Under the pieces are notes generated by a model. It saw only the letters and a list, made by a program, of their open reading frames with translations, was not told the origin of the DNA and searched no databases. A DNA stretch of 64,000 nt from Octopus sinensis. Taxonomy: Eukaryota. Made by a program: the position numbers and the translations under genes. Numbering within the stretch: the first letter of the stretch is position 1; every line of letters starts with the position of its first letter. Below are positions 1 through 11,953 of this stretch, piece after piece. The stretch spans positions 15,376,001 through 15,440,000 of the forward strand of contig NC_043014.1 of assembly GCF_006345805.1 (NCBI RefSeq), written 5' to 3'.

Positions 1-352
1 GGGTCGATAAATTAAGTACCAGTTACGCACTGGGGTCGATGTAATTGACCTAATTCCTTTGTCTGTCCTTGTTTGTCCCCTCTATGTTTAGTCCCTTGTG
101 GATAGTAAAGAAATATTTAGGGCGGCAAGCTGGCAGAAACGTTAGCACGCCGGGCGAAATGCTTAGCAGTATTTCGTCTGCCGTTACGTTCTGAGTTCAA
201 ATTCCGCCGAGGTCGACTTTGCCTTTCTTCCTTTCGGGGTCGATAAATTAAGTACCAGTTACGCACTGGGGTCGATGTAATTGACTTAATTCCTTTGTCT
301 GTCCTTGTTTGTCCCCCTCTATGTTTAGCCCCTTGTGGGCAATAAAGAAATA
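1..352 (+). mobile_element. SINE-B, two head-to-tail copies (first 5'-truncated), with (AGAT)n tail to about 423
   Basis: tRNA-like head GGCGGC(A/G)AGCTGGCAGAA..GAGTTCAAATTC, core GCCTTTCATCCTTTCGGGGTCGATAAATTAAGTACCAG and 3' end GGGCAATAAAGAAATA, repeated many times in the window. The core resembles the MetaSINE/MESC domain as I recall it (unverified). Confidence 0.85.
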
Positions 353-392
353 AGATAGATAGATAGATAGATAGATAGATAAATAGATAGAA

Positions 393-424
<32 letters not shown>

Positions 425-539
425 CTCTCTTGCTTCCCAATGCAAAAGCTTTCAGCAAAGAATATAAACAGAAAGCAATAAAATTTTCTTTTGACATTGT
501 TTATTCACGGAAGCTTCTACGTCCATCTACAAAACCAGC

Positions 540-544
540 AGCGA

Positions 545-579
<35 letters not shown>

Positions 580-619
580 ATAATAATAATAATATAATAA
601 TACTGCTACCACCACCACC

Positions 620-660
<41 letters not shown>

Positions 661-940
661 CACCACTACTACTACTACTATTACTACCACCACCACCACC
701 ACCACTACTACTACTACCACCACCAACACAACCAATAGCAACAACAGTCACCACCACATCACTAACCACCAACCGCTGTTCCTCCCTATTCAACCCAACA
801 CCGAAATCTATCGCCATCACCGCCACCACCTTCACCCCCTCCCCCGTTTTTCACCACTGTTAACATACTCCACCATCACCATCACTACCATCACCACCAT
901 TAAGCGCTACCATCACCACGAGCCACTATCACCATCACCC
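540..940. repeat. Compound trinucleotide microsatellite (TAC/TAA/CAC)n
   Basis: Direct reading. Confidence 0.9.
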
Positions 941-1654
941 AGTCAACAAAGATGCTTCTATGCGGTCGTTCAGCCTGCTAGATGCAGCAACCGAACCTCT
1001 CGAATCATATACCTTACTGTCTTAGAAAGGACACATGGGATCATGTGATCGTAGTTTCCTTCTGCATATAGCTTAGGGTACTTTGATTCTGGATCAGGCC
1101 TGACCTGGGGCTAAACAACAACAGCCACTAAAAACGAGGCAACAAGAGGAACCTTTATGCCTTTAGTACAGCAAATCGACCCCGAAAAGAATGAAAGACA
1201 AAATCGACTTTAGCGGAATTTGAACTCAGAACGTAAAGATGGATGAAATATCCGCTTAGCACTGAATTATGTAGCTTTAGACCACTGATTCTCAGCTAGG
1301 GTCCACATGACCTTCCTGTGGGTCCATATAAGATTTTACTACATAAGCAAATTTTTTTCGAGAAGCGGGCCACATGAGACATGGTTCCATCGTGAGGTAG
1401 AATGTACTACAAAAAAAAAATTCAAACTAATTTTTTTTTTTTTTTGGCGTACCATTCAGAAATGCCCGTGGGTCGCAGTTTGCCCGAGACTGCTCTACGT
1501 TGTCATTTGATCAGTTAGAAATAACAGCCAAATCTCGTTTTAATCACATCCTACCATCTTTGGAGGAGCGAGCTAGTCGATTACATCGACCGCTCACTCG
1601 GCGAGATTTGAGCTCAGAACATGTGTGTGTGTGTGTGTGTGTGTGTGTAGTGAA

Positions 1655-1790
1655 TTCAGATAAATAAACAGTGTAAATGAACGAGTAAAAACGGACAACA
1701 TGAGGACGTACATAAGAAATGTGTAAGCTTGACGCTCGGTGAAAGGTGAGTTTGACGTTTTGAGCATAACTCTACGTCGGAAAGGCAAAT
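1655..1790 (-). mobile_element. Short hammerhead-bearing element (CCGACG-core type), degenerate; motif at 1750-1784
   Basis: Minus strand CUUU-CCGACGU-A-GAGU uau GCUC-AAAAC-GUC-AAA followed by the family tail (..ccgagcgtcaagcttacac..); homologous to 14312 and 56312. Confidence 0.55.
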
Positions 1791-1794
1791 TTAC

Positions 1795-1950
1795 AAAAAA
1801 TAAAAGACGAAGACAGGTAAAGTAACAACAAGCGAGTGTATTAGTTTAACGCTCGGGAAGAATGGAAAAGTCTTTAACGTTTCGAGCCTACGCTCTTCGA
1901 CAGAAGGGATTGAGAGGGAAGAAAAAAAAAACGGAAAGCGAAAAAAAAAG
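1795..1950 (-). mobile_element. Short hammerhead-bearing element (CUGUNGA-core type); motif at 1871-1908
   Basis: Minus strand CCUU-CUGUCGA-A-GAGC guag GCUC-GAAAC-GUUAAAGA followed by the tail gagcgttaaactaataca..cctgtcttcgtctttt shared with the 6180, 11723 and 44861 copies. Confidence 0.7.
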
Positions 1951-2071
1951 ATGTGGGGATTAACGGTTCGTGTGTGTGTTTGTCCCCATCACTAGTTAAC
2001 AACCAGTGTTGGTGTCTTTATGTCCACATTACTTATTTGTTCGGCAAAGAGAGACCGATAGAAGAAGGACC

Positions 2072-2488
2072 AGGCGGCGAGCTGGCAGAAACGATAGCAC
2101 GCCGAAAGAAATGCTTAGCAGCATTTCGTCTGCCGCTACGTTCTGAGTTCAAATTCCGCCGAGGTCGACTTTGCCTTTCATCCTTTCGGGGTCGATAAAT
2201 TAAGTACCAGTTACGCACTGGGGTCGATATAATCGACTTAATCCGTTTGTCTGTCCTTGTTTGCCCTCTCTGTGTGTAGCCCCTTGTGGGTAGTAAAGAA
2301 ATAGGTATTTCGTCTGCCGTTACGTTCTGAGTTCAAATTCCGCCGAGGTCGACTTTGCCTTTCATCCTTTCGGGGTCGATAAACTAAGTACCAGCTACGC
2401 ACTGGGTCGATATAATCGACTTAATCCGTTTGTCTGTCCTTGTTTGTCCTCTCTATGTTTAGTCCCTTGTGGGCAATCAAGAAATAAG
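2072..2488 (+). mobile_element. SINE-B dimer inserted into a SINE-A 3' half (1968-2065 and 2490-2607)
   Basis: Full head followed by a second unit starting at the GAAATA|GGTATTTCG junction (about 2302). Confidence 0.85.
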
Positions 2489-2729
2489 AAATTAAGACCA
2501 GGCTTTACAAAAAAATAAGTACTGGGGTCGATAAGTTCAACTAAAATTCTTCAAGGCGGTTCCCCAGCATGACCGCAGTCTAATGTCTGAAACAAGTAAA
2601 AGATAAACCACTGCTTAATTAGACACGTGATGTGTGAAAACTATGCGAAATGGTCATGGTTAGAATCTCGTTGATCATAAGACCTGTTCAATATGGCTGA
2701 CGTGACTTGAGAATGACGGTGGGGAACGC

Positions 2730-3380
2730 CGTCACCATTACCACTAATAGCTCCAACGCCATCATCAAACCGCGACGACTTTTACCACAAGGACGATCAC
2801 CACTAGCATCGTTGTCACTATTACCAACCGGTGTCACCGCCACTAGCACCGCCGTCATGCACTATCAAGAACAGGTGACACCCTTACCATCGCCACTACC
2901 ATAACAGCAAACTTCATTGTCACCACCGCCATCACCACCACCTCTATCGTACCATGTACCAGCCTCACTCGTCACTTCCACTGCCCCGCCTCTACTACCA
3001 ACACAGTCTGATCACGACTGCCACCACCACCACCGCCACCACCAGCATAGCTGTCGCTACCACTTCCCCACCTCGTCACCGCTACCACAAATAAAAGAAA
3101 ACCCTCCTTGCTACCTCCGCTGTCACCGCCATCATCAGCACCAAACGAATCGACGCACCATCTGCACCGCCAAACACTAGACTCACTATCAGTATCACCT
3201 ATCACCCCGGTCACCACTTCACCACTACCACCACCACCACCACAACCATTATCAACCACCACCAACAGCTCCACCGCAACTGTCGCTATCTCTATAAACT
3301 AACACACACTATTTCTCTTTCTCTCGTCATTGGTCGCCACCATCACCAACACCGTCGCCGCCGTCATCTTCGCCGCATTA
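2730..3380. repeat. Degenerate (CAC/CAT)n low-complexity tract
   Basis: Direct reading. Confidence 0.75.
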
Positions 3381-3469
3381 ACTACATTTTTCTCTTACTA
3401 TCTTATTATTTGTAATGTCGCCCTTACAACCAACTAGCCCAGCCGGTGTCAAGTACAGTTTATATATAT

Positions 3470-3813
3470 TCTTTTATTTGTATCAGTCATTTGATTGCGG
3501 CCATGCTGGAGCACCGCCTATAGTCGAACAAATTGACGCCAGGACTTATTCTTTGTAAGCCTAGTACTTATTCTATCGATCTATTTTGCCGAACCGCTAA
3601 GTTACGGGGGACGTAAATACACCAACATCAGTTGTCAAGCGATGGTGGAGGGACAGACAGACACACAAACACACACGCACACACATGGCTTCTTTCAGTT
3701 TCCGTTTTCCAAATCCACTCTCAAGGCTTTGGTCGGCCCAAGGTGCCACGCAGTGGGACCGAACTCGGAACCATATGGTTGGTAAGCAAGCTACTTAGCC
3801 ACTCCTGCGCCTA
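3470..3813 (-). mobile_element. SINE-A (tRNA-derived, with internal (TA/TG)n)
   Basis: Head GGCGCAGGAGTGGCT..GTAAGTAGCTTGCTTACCAACC..GGTTC(A)GTCCC, body ..GGATTTGG..GGAAACTGAAAGAAGCC.., tail CAGCATGGCCGCA..TGACTGA; more than 30 copies in the window. Confidence 0.85.
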
Positions 3814-3909
3814 TGTATATATATATTTTTGCTCTTTTACTCGTTTCAGTCTTGCGGCCGCGATCATTGTTGCTGCGCCACCTTGGATATATATTTATAT
3901 ATATGTATA

Positions 3910-4182
3910 TAGGCTCGGGTCAACCAAAGCCTTGTGAGTGGATTTGGTAGACTGAAACTGAAAGAAGCCCGTCATGTGTGTGTATGTGTCTGTTTGTCCC
4001 CACCTCCACCGCTTGACAACCTGTGTTGGTGTGTTTATGTCCCCATACTTAACAGTTCGGCAAAAGACCGGTAAAATAAGTATCGGGCTTTAAAAAAAGC
4101 ACTCGGGTCGATATATTCGACTATAAATTCTTCAAGGCGGTGCCCCAGCGTGGCCGCAGTCTAATGACTGAAACAATTAAAC
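3910..4182 (+). mobile_element. SINE-A, 5'-truncated, inverted relative to the previous copy
   Basis: Same body and tail motifs. Confidence 0.8.
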
Positions 4183-4183
4183 G

Positions 4184-4232
<49 letters not shown>

Positions 4233-4272
4233 CAGATACATTTGCGTACAAAGTTTTAAATTGTTTTATATA

Positions 4273-4790
4273 CAGGTCGTCATCGACTTACGACCAATCG
4301 ACTTTACGATGATTGGCGCACCAGCTCCCGACAACAATAATAAATAGTCCATTTGAAATCTAATAATTCCGATACCGATACGATTAAACAAGGTTTAATC
4401 CCTTAGAAATTGATCGCCGCAGTGGCTATCCCGAGCGGAGACATTGAGGTAACCTAGTATTTATTTATAAGACGACTGCTTGAATATCCGAAATTTTTGA
4501 GTAACGCCAAGTTCGATAGAGTGCGACTCTTCCGGTGAGTGTGTCTCATGTTTTTGATAAATTTTGCGACTGTTTCTTACACTACACAGTGTATTTCTTG
4601 TATTTGCATTCTTTGGTGCTTTTCCATGAACAAATAACACTATTGTAATATAATACAGAATGCTGTATGTGACTTTTACCTGAAAATATACCTTAAGAAT
4701 GTAAAAATATGAAACAAAGCTATGCAGGCCTATAGACCGACTTACGACCAGTCACTCATAACCAATTGTGGTTGTGAGTCTACGACGACT
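4273..4790. mobile_element. Tc1/mariner-pogo (Tigger-like) MITE
   Basis: TA|CAGGTCGTCATCGACTTACGACC left end with a repeated CGACTTACGA sub-terminal motif; degenerate inverted copy GGTTGTGAGTCTACGACGACT at about 4769-4790. Confidence 0.6.
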
Positions 4791-6100
4791 CAAACCCATC
4801 TAGTCAGACAGGGCGATCTCCACTGAGACCAAAATGCGCCTCTTCAACAGGATCGTCATACCATTGGCAATATACGCGGCGGAAACGTGGAAGACATCGG
4901 CAAAGATCGTGCCAAGGCTCAATGTATTTCAGCTACGATGCCTCCGGCAGATAATGCGAATATCTATTTCTTTATTGCTCACGGGGTTGGGGGAAACTAA
5001 ACATAGAGGGGACAAACAAGGACAGACAAATGGATTAAGTTGATTACATCGACCCCAGTGCATAACTGGTATTTATTTAATCGACCCCGAAAGGATGAAA
5101 GGCAAAGTCGACCTCGGCGGAATTTGAATTCAGAACGTAAAGACAGACGAAATACCTATTTCTTTACTACCCACAAGGGGCTAAACATAGAAGGAACAAA
5201 CAAGGACAGACAAACGAATTAAGTCGATCATATCGACCCCAGTGCATAACTGGTATTTATTTAATCGACCCCGAAAGGATAAAAGGCAAAGTCGAACTCG
5301 GTGGAATTTGAATTCAGAACGTAAAGACGAACGAAATACCTATTTCTTTACTACCCACAAGGGGCTAAACATAGAAGGAACAAACAAGGACAGACAAACG
5401 AATTAAGTCGATCATATCGACCCCAGTGCATAACTGGTATTTATTTAATCGACCCCGAAAGGATGAAAGGCAAAGTCGAACTCGGTGGAATTTGAATTCA
5501 GAACGTAAAGACGGACGAAATACCTATTTCTTTACTACCCACAAGGGGCTAAACATAGAAGGAACAAACAAGGACAGACAAACAGATTAAGTCGATTATA
5601 TCGATCCCAGTGTATAACTGGTACTTATTTAATCAACACCGGAAGGATGGAAGGCAAAGTCGACCTCGGCGGAATTTTGAACTCAGAGCGTAACGGCAGA
5701 AGAAATACCCGGCGTGCAAACGTTTCTGCCAGCTCGCCGCCTTAATATACTGCGAATATCATAGCAGGACCACATCACCAACGGCGAGATACATCGCCGA
5801 TCTGATACCCGTCCACTCCATCAGGTTGTTGTCACTGAGCGCCGCTTGCCATTTGCAGGCCATGTCCTCTGATTACCATCGTCGCGGCATGCGAAAACCG
5901 CCATTCTGTGGAAACCACTGCATAGCAAGAGGAAACAAGGGTGACCAAAAGCGACTTGGCGCATATCTTCATCGAGGACCGCAAAGCCATTGACATTTCA
6001 TGGGATGAAGCTGAAATCGTCACGGCCGACCGACCACGTTGGAGAAACCTTGCCGCCCAATGCGCCACACGGTACAGGAGGACCTAAGACTAAGACTAAG
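4791..6100 (+). pseudogene. RTE-clade LINE 3' fragment (C-terminal of RT), split by a SINE-B array, with (CTAAGA)n tail
   Basis: RLFNRIVIPLAIYAAETW..LNVFQLRCLRQIMRIS before the array; DHITNGEI.., ISWDEAEIVTADRPRWRNLAAQC after it; stops and frameshifts present. Confidence 0.8.
4965..5743 (-). mobile_element. SINE-B tetramer (units of about 183 bp) with a 14-bp target-site duplication
   Basis: Four head-to-tail units; ATA(A/C)TGCGAATATC at 4951-4964 and 5747-5760. Confidence 0.9.
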
Positions 6101-6107
6101 ATATATA

Positions 6108-6162
<55 letters not shown>

Positions 6163-6179
6163 TGTATGTATGTATAACG

Positions 6180-6460
6180 AGAAGCTTTATGAAAATAAGC
6201 AAAAGACGAAGGCAGGTGGAATACAAACAAACAATTGTATTAGTATGGCGCTCAGGAATATAAATAAAACAAGTCTTTTACGTTTCGAGCCTACACTCTT
6301 CAACAGAAAGATACACAGAAAAGAAACACGGAGAGAAACAAGGAGAGAAAAAAAATGCGTGCAGAAGCTAGCGAATCAACATGGCGATCTGATTCCGGCC
6401 AGAAGTCAAAGATCAAAACTTACAACTTCGTACGCAAATGTATTTCATCAGAGTTCGTAA
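6180..6460 (-). mobile_element. Short element with two tandem hammerhead-like motifs (6416-6456 and 6274-6311)
   Basis: GAACU-CUGAUGA-AAUAC auuugc GUAC-GAAG-UUG-UA-AGUUU and UCUUU-CUGUUGA-A-GAGU guag GCUC-GAAAC-GUA-AAAGA; both have a 5-bp stem I. Confidence 0.7.
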
Positions 6461-6612
6461 GTTGACAAAATATCGTTTGGAAAAACCAACTACCTCCCCC
6501 TCCTCCTTTCTCTTCTTCTTCTTTCACAACTACGACGATCATTATCACCACCACCACCACCACCACTACCACCAACACCACCATAATCTTCGTCGCGAGT
6601 GATAAGGTAATA

Positions 6613-6613
<1 letters not shown>

Positions 6614-6643
<30 letters not shown>

Positions 6644-6667
6644 GCGGGGCGGCGGCAGCGGCGGCGG
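6614..6667. repeat. (GGC)n microsatellite
   Basis: Direct reading. Confidence 0.9.
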
Positions 6668-7009
6668 AATGCTGTCTGTTACTGAGATAAACGTTCCGAT
6701 ACCGATACGATTAAATAAATAGATTGGTTGGTTAATTAGTTTAAATAAAAGCCACAGTCGCGTTGCTGAATACTGGGTATTCGATTACAGCTCGCTTCTC
6801 ATATTCCAAAAATATGTGCGAATTAGACATTGGTAAGTATGAAGGGTGGTGTCAACCGTTTTAGAGAGTGAGAGCGGGGAAGGGGAAGGCGAGAAAATGG
6901 GGGGTGGGGTGGGAAAGGACAGAGAGAGAGAGAGAGAGAGAAGGAACGAGAGGGGGAGATTGTGAGGTGGGACAAAGAGGCGCAAATAGTCTTTTTAAAA
7001 ATAACTTGG

Positions 7010-7400
7010 AGTAGGAGGAGGAGTAGGATATGCAGAAGAGGAAGAAGGGGATAATGATATGAAGAGAGGAGGAGAAGGAGAAAGAGGGTGGTGATGATAC
7101 TGAGGAGAAGGAGGAGGAGAAATATTTGATGACGACACGAGGAAGCGATGAAGACGATATGAAGAGGTGGAAGCGGAGATGAGGAAATGAGGAGGAGGAA
7201 GAGGTGATGACAATATGAGGAGAAAAAGGAGGTAAGGACGATATGAGGAGGAGGAGGAGGATGGGGAGGTGATGATAATAAGTAGAGGAGGAGATGACGA
7301 TGAGGAGGAATAAGGGGAGGTAATGAGGATGAGGGGAAGAAGAGGAGGGGATGACAATTTGAGGAGGAGGAAGAGAAGGTGATGATAGGAGGAGGAGGTT
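7010..7400. repeat. Degenerate (GAG/GAT)n purine-rich tract
   Basis: Direct reading. Confidence 0.8.
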
Positions 7401-7414
7401 ATCAGGATCTAGCC

Positions 7415-7660
7415 AGTGAGATAGAGAGAGAATGTGGAAGCCGAAGACAATTATTCCTGTGGTAACTGGTCCACTTGGCACAATAATATCGAAATTACTA
7501 CCGAGAGAGTGGAGGATATTGCAATTGAGACTCGGATTTTCTGTCGATTTGCAGAAAACTACAAGAATCCCAAGAAAGGTTCTTCAGATTTTGGGAGACT
7601 TGTTGATCACCAAACCTCAAGACAACATTCTTGCTAATTAGCATGCAATAGCTTAATAAT
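7415..7660 (+). pseudogene. R4/Dong-like (REL-endonuclease) LINE 3' end remnant
   Basis: IERMWKPKTIIPVVTGPLGTI..LQKT..RKVL resembles the terminal (L)W..IIPVVIGALG..LQK motif of REL-class elements; followed by (AAT)n. Confidence 0.55.
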
Positions 7661-7677
7661 AACGATGATGATGATGA

Positions 7678-8492
7678 TGCCCTGATGCAGTACCAGGCAG
7701 TGGCTCTTGTGGCTTCTGATCTCATCTGACTAGAAGTGTTATCATGTATATTGTTTTGTCTTGGTATAAAAGATGGGCTACAGCAAATATTCTGCTCAAT
7801 ACCACAGATTTGCTTGTCAGTTGTTTGACCTTAACCAGTTGAGCATGTCCCTTAGTGGCTGACGATATGTGCATCTCTGATCACAAGCAGAAGTAGTGGG
7901 GGAGTATCATAGCTATGTGCTCAGAGGGATTCTTTGGGGTTTGAATAATTCACCTCTGGAAACATGGGTGGTTCTTTCAACATCCTTAAACAACCCTTAT
8001 TCAGGGACCTTTTGAGCGGGATGCGTTACTCGACCAGAAGAAAATTCTAACTGGGCCCCACCTGCAAAGTCATGTGTTGTTTGTCTTGATATGAGATCAC
8101 CATGTCACACACATATGGTTGTGATGCATGTGCCTAGTGTACCCTTATCAGACGGGTAGTCATGATGGGTATACTGGGCTTCGTATATTTTACCCCAGTG
8201 TCACTTTGATGGCATGCACTGCTCTCTCACTCATAATAATAATAATAATAATAATAAATAATAATAATAATAATAATATATAATAATGAAGAAGAAGAAA
8301 AAATTCTAACTGGCCCCACCTGCAAGGTCATGCGCTGTTTATCTTGATATGAGATCACCATGTCGTGCACATATGGTTGTGATGCATGTGCCTGGTATAC
8401 TCTTATCAGACTGGTAGTCATGATGGGTATACTGGGCTTCGTATATTTTACCCCAGTGTCACTTTGATGGCATGCACTGCTCTCTCACTCAA
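7678..8492 (+). repeat. Unclassified interspersed repeat with (AAT)n tail; its last 200 bp or so are duplicated in tandem (8037-8232 and 8295-8492)
   Basis: Near-identical GAAAAAATTCTAACTGG..GGCATGCACTGCTCTCTCACTC blocks. Confidence 0.6.
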
Positions 8493-8494
8493 TC

Positions 8495-8892
8495 CTCTCT
8501 ACTAAAGGCACAAGGCCTGAAATTTTGTGGGGAGGAGACTAGTCGATTACACTGACCCCCAGTATTTCACGGGTACTTAATTTATCGACCCCGAAAGGAT
8601 GAAAGGAAAAGTCGACCTCGGCGGAATTTGAACTCGGAATATAGCGGCAGGTGAAAAACCTATTTCTTTACTACCCACAAGGGGCTAGACACAGAGGGGA
8701 CGAACAAGGACAGACAAACGGATTAAGTCGATTACATCGACCCCAGTGCGTAACTGGTACTTAATTTATCGATCCCGAAAGGATGAAAGGCAAAGTCGAC
8801 CTCGGCAGAATTTGAACTCGGAATATAGCGGCAGATGAAATACCGCTAAGCATTTCGCCCGGCGTGCTAACGATTCTGCCAGCTCGCCGCCT
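8495..8892 (-). mobile_element. SINE-B dimer; the second unit has the alternative tail ..TCAGGCCTTGTGCC..AGTAGA (B2 type)
   Basis: SINE-B motifs. Confidence 0.8.
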
Positions 8893-9326
8893 GAATAACA
8901 ATAATCATAACTTTGCCCTAAGAGTCGGGAAGACACTCGGCAAGTAACAGGCACGAAATTGAAAGAGGAAGACAAACTCATAATAATAATAGTGGTTTCA
9001 AATTTTGGCACAAGACCAATAATTTCTGTGGAATGGGTAATGATAAGAGTAATCGGTGTACTTAGCACAACATCCAAACTGCTTCCTAAGAGACTGATGA
9101 ATACTGGAACTAAAACTCGCATTGTTTAACCTGAAGAAAAGCGTAATCCTGTCCTTGTTGTTGCCAAAAGTTAAGACTGCATGGTTTTTAGTATCGCATG
9201 CAGGAATCGTTAGCACCTTGGCTTTGCCATTCATCCTTTCCGGATCGATGAAATAAGAACCGTCGATCACTGGGTTCGATGTAACTTGCCGGCCTTGTGC
9301 CAAAATTTGAAACCAATATAACATGG

Positions 9327-9443
<117 letters not shown>

Positions 9444-9450
9444 TCTACTA

Positions 9451-9625
9451 TAGGTGCAAGCGTGGCTGTGTGATGAGAAGCTTGCTTCGCAACTACATGG
9501 TTCCAGGTTCAGTCCCACTGGGTAGCACATTGGGTAAGTGTCTTCTACTATTGCCTTGGGCCAACTAAAGCCTTGTGGGCGGATTTGGTAGACAGAAACT
9601 GAAAGAAGCGCGTCATATATATATA

Positions 9626-9656
<31 letters not shown>

Positions 9657-9850
9657 CCTTCCATCGCTTGACAACGGGTGTTGGTGTACTTACGTCTCAT
9701 AATCTAGCAGTTTTGCAATAGATAGAATAAGCACCTGGTTTCAAAAAATAAATACTGGGGTCTATTCATTCGACTAAAAATTCTTCAAGGCGATGCCCCT
9801 GCATGGCCGCAGCCTAATGACTAAAATAAGAAAAAAAAAAGATAAAAAGA
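9451..9850 (+). mobile_element. SINE-A, full length, diverged
   Basis: SINE-A motifs. Confidence 0.8.
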
Positions 9851-10140
9851 AAAGGAAATAGATACAAGGCTTGAAATTGTGGAGGAGGGGACTAGTCGAT
9901 CACATCCACCCCGGTGCTCGGCTGGTATTTATGTTATCAACCCCAAAAGGATGAAAAGCAAAAGTTGTATGCGTCCTGCTATTTAATGACGTCACTCACA
10001 GCCAAAAAGAAAATATGTGTTTACATAACTGTAAGGGATTATCCCAGCAGCGAAAGGTCTTATCATGTCCGAGTACAATCGAACGTGTTAAACATGATTT
10101 TACACGAATATATATTATTCAAAGCTGCTTCGTGCGAATT

Positions 10141-10208
<68 letters not shown>

Positions 10209-10342
10209 ATCACTCTCTCTCACACACAAACGCGCACGAATGTTCTAACTACCTGTTTAGCTGTATGTTTAAATAGCGCCTATTTCATAATATGTATGTA
10301 TGTATGTCATGTGTTCATGTACATATATATATATATATATAT

Positions 10343-10375
<33 letters not shown>

Positions 10376-10624
10376 CGTACTACATACATATATGTATGTT
10401 GTATGTGTGTATCATATATATACATGAATATATATATATGTATGTGTATATATATGTATGTGTGTGTGTATATATATATATATACACATATATGTGTGTG
10501 TATGTATGTATATAATATATATATAATATACACGCACACGCACACATACATATATGTATGTTTGTATGAGTATGTATGTTTGTGTGTTTGTGTGTGTGTG
10601 TGTGTGTGTAATTATGTAAGTGCT

Positions 10625-11050
10625 GGTATGGCAGTATGGTAAGAAGCTTGCTTCCCAACTACATAGTTCCGGGTTCAGTCCCACTGCGTGGCACCTTAGG
10701 TAAGTGTCTTCTACTATGTGTCGGGGGGCTGACCAAAGTCTTGGGAGTGGATTTATTAGACAAAAACTGAAAGCCCATCATGTATGTGAGAGAGCGACAA
10801 CAAGGTTTGGTTTGGTTTGGTTACGTCCTCATTACTGGGTGATTCGGCAAAACGGGTCGACAGGTTAGATACCAGATTTAGGAAAAATGAAGAACCGGGG
10901 TCACTAGCGTAGCTAGAGTGTGTGCCACCCCGGACGGACCGCACCTTCCGCTGCCCTTAGCTCCGCTAGTGACTGGGGTCATTTACTTAGACCAAACAAC
11001 TTCGAAGCGGTGCTATAGCAAGGCCGCAGACCAATTCCTGAAAATAAGTT
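10625..11050 (+). mobile_element. SINE-A, diverged, carrying a MITE insertion
   Basis: SINE-A motifs. Confidence 0.7.
10902..10971. mobile_element. 70-bp hAT-like MITE
   Basis: TIRs CACTAGCGTAGCTA / TAGCTCCGCTAGTG; 8-bp TSD ACCGGGGT / ACTGGGGT; related ends at about 43060-43100 and 44510-44560. Confidence 0.7.
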
Positions 11051-11654
11051 ACAAACAGACAGACAGATAGATAGGTAGACAGACAGACATACACACGTTT
11101 ACAGAAATCCACACACGTAAAACAACAGCTTATAAGCAACGACTTATATTAACAGAGAAGACGATGAGAAGAGATGCGTAGCAACAACAGATATATGTTG
11201 TCTGTGCGAGTCGCTGTGTGGAGTTGTCGGGGAAGCAAGAAGCGCAACTGTTCAAGGAAAGAAGACAGGCAAATGTCACGTAAATATGTTCCTTTTCGAT
11301 GTCTGGTGTAAAACCACCTGATGGCAGCCGTTAGTGAGGAAGCGTTGCTATGTAACTGATCGAAAATGTGTCTAGCCTTATGTGTCAAGGAAAGTTATCT
11401 CTCATTCACTCTCGCTCTTATTACATACAGAATACACACTGCTCTATGAGTGTGGGTATGTGTGTGTACGTATGTGTGTGTGTGTGCGTATGTGTATGTC
11501 ATATTCATGTTTTTCATTGTGTATATATCAGTTTCGGTGTGTGTGTGTTTGTGTCGGAATAAAAGAGTACTCATACAATGGTAGATGTTAATATTTTGGT
11601 GGAGTCAGCCTCTTGCTGCTCGAGTTTCACCTGGAGGCACTGAGGGGCATCAAG

Positions 11655-11720
<66 letters not shown>

Positions 11721-11722
11721 AT

Positions 11723-11895
11723 AGGGAGCTTACGAAAAAAACAAAAGACGAAGACAGGTGGTGTACAAAACAAACAGATGTATTAGTATAACGCTCAGGA
11801 TAGAAAAAGTCTTTTACGTTTCGAGCCTACGCTATTCTACAGAAAGGGACACAGAAAAAAAACAAGGAGAGAAAAAATGTGTGTAGTAGCTAACG
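11723..11895 (-). mobile_element. Short hammerhead-bearing element (CUGUNGA type); motif at 11811-11846
   Basis: CUUU-CUGUAGA-A-UAGC guag GCUC-GAAAC-GUA-AAAG plus the family tail; embedded in (TA)n. Confidence 0.7.

Positions 11896-11953
<58 letters not shown>

Noticed and set aside
4965-5743. CRISPR-like regular repeat
   Set aside because: The units are SINE monomers of about 183 bp with no unique spacers, the context is eukaryotic and there are no cas genes.
6614-6667. (GGC)n tract as a CpG-island promoter or poly-Ala/Gly exon
   Set aside because: It is a short isolated microsatellite with no supporting ORF or promoter motifs.
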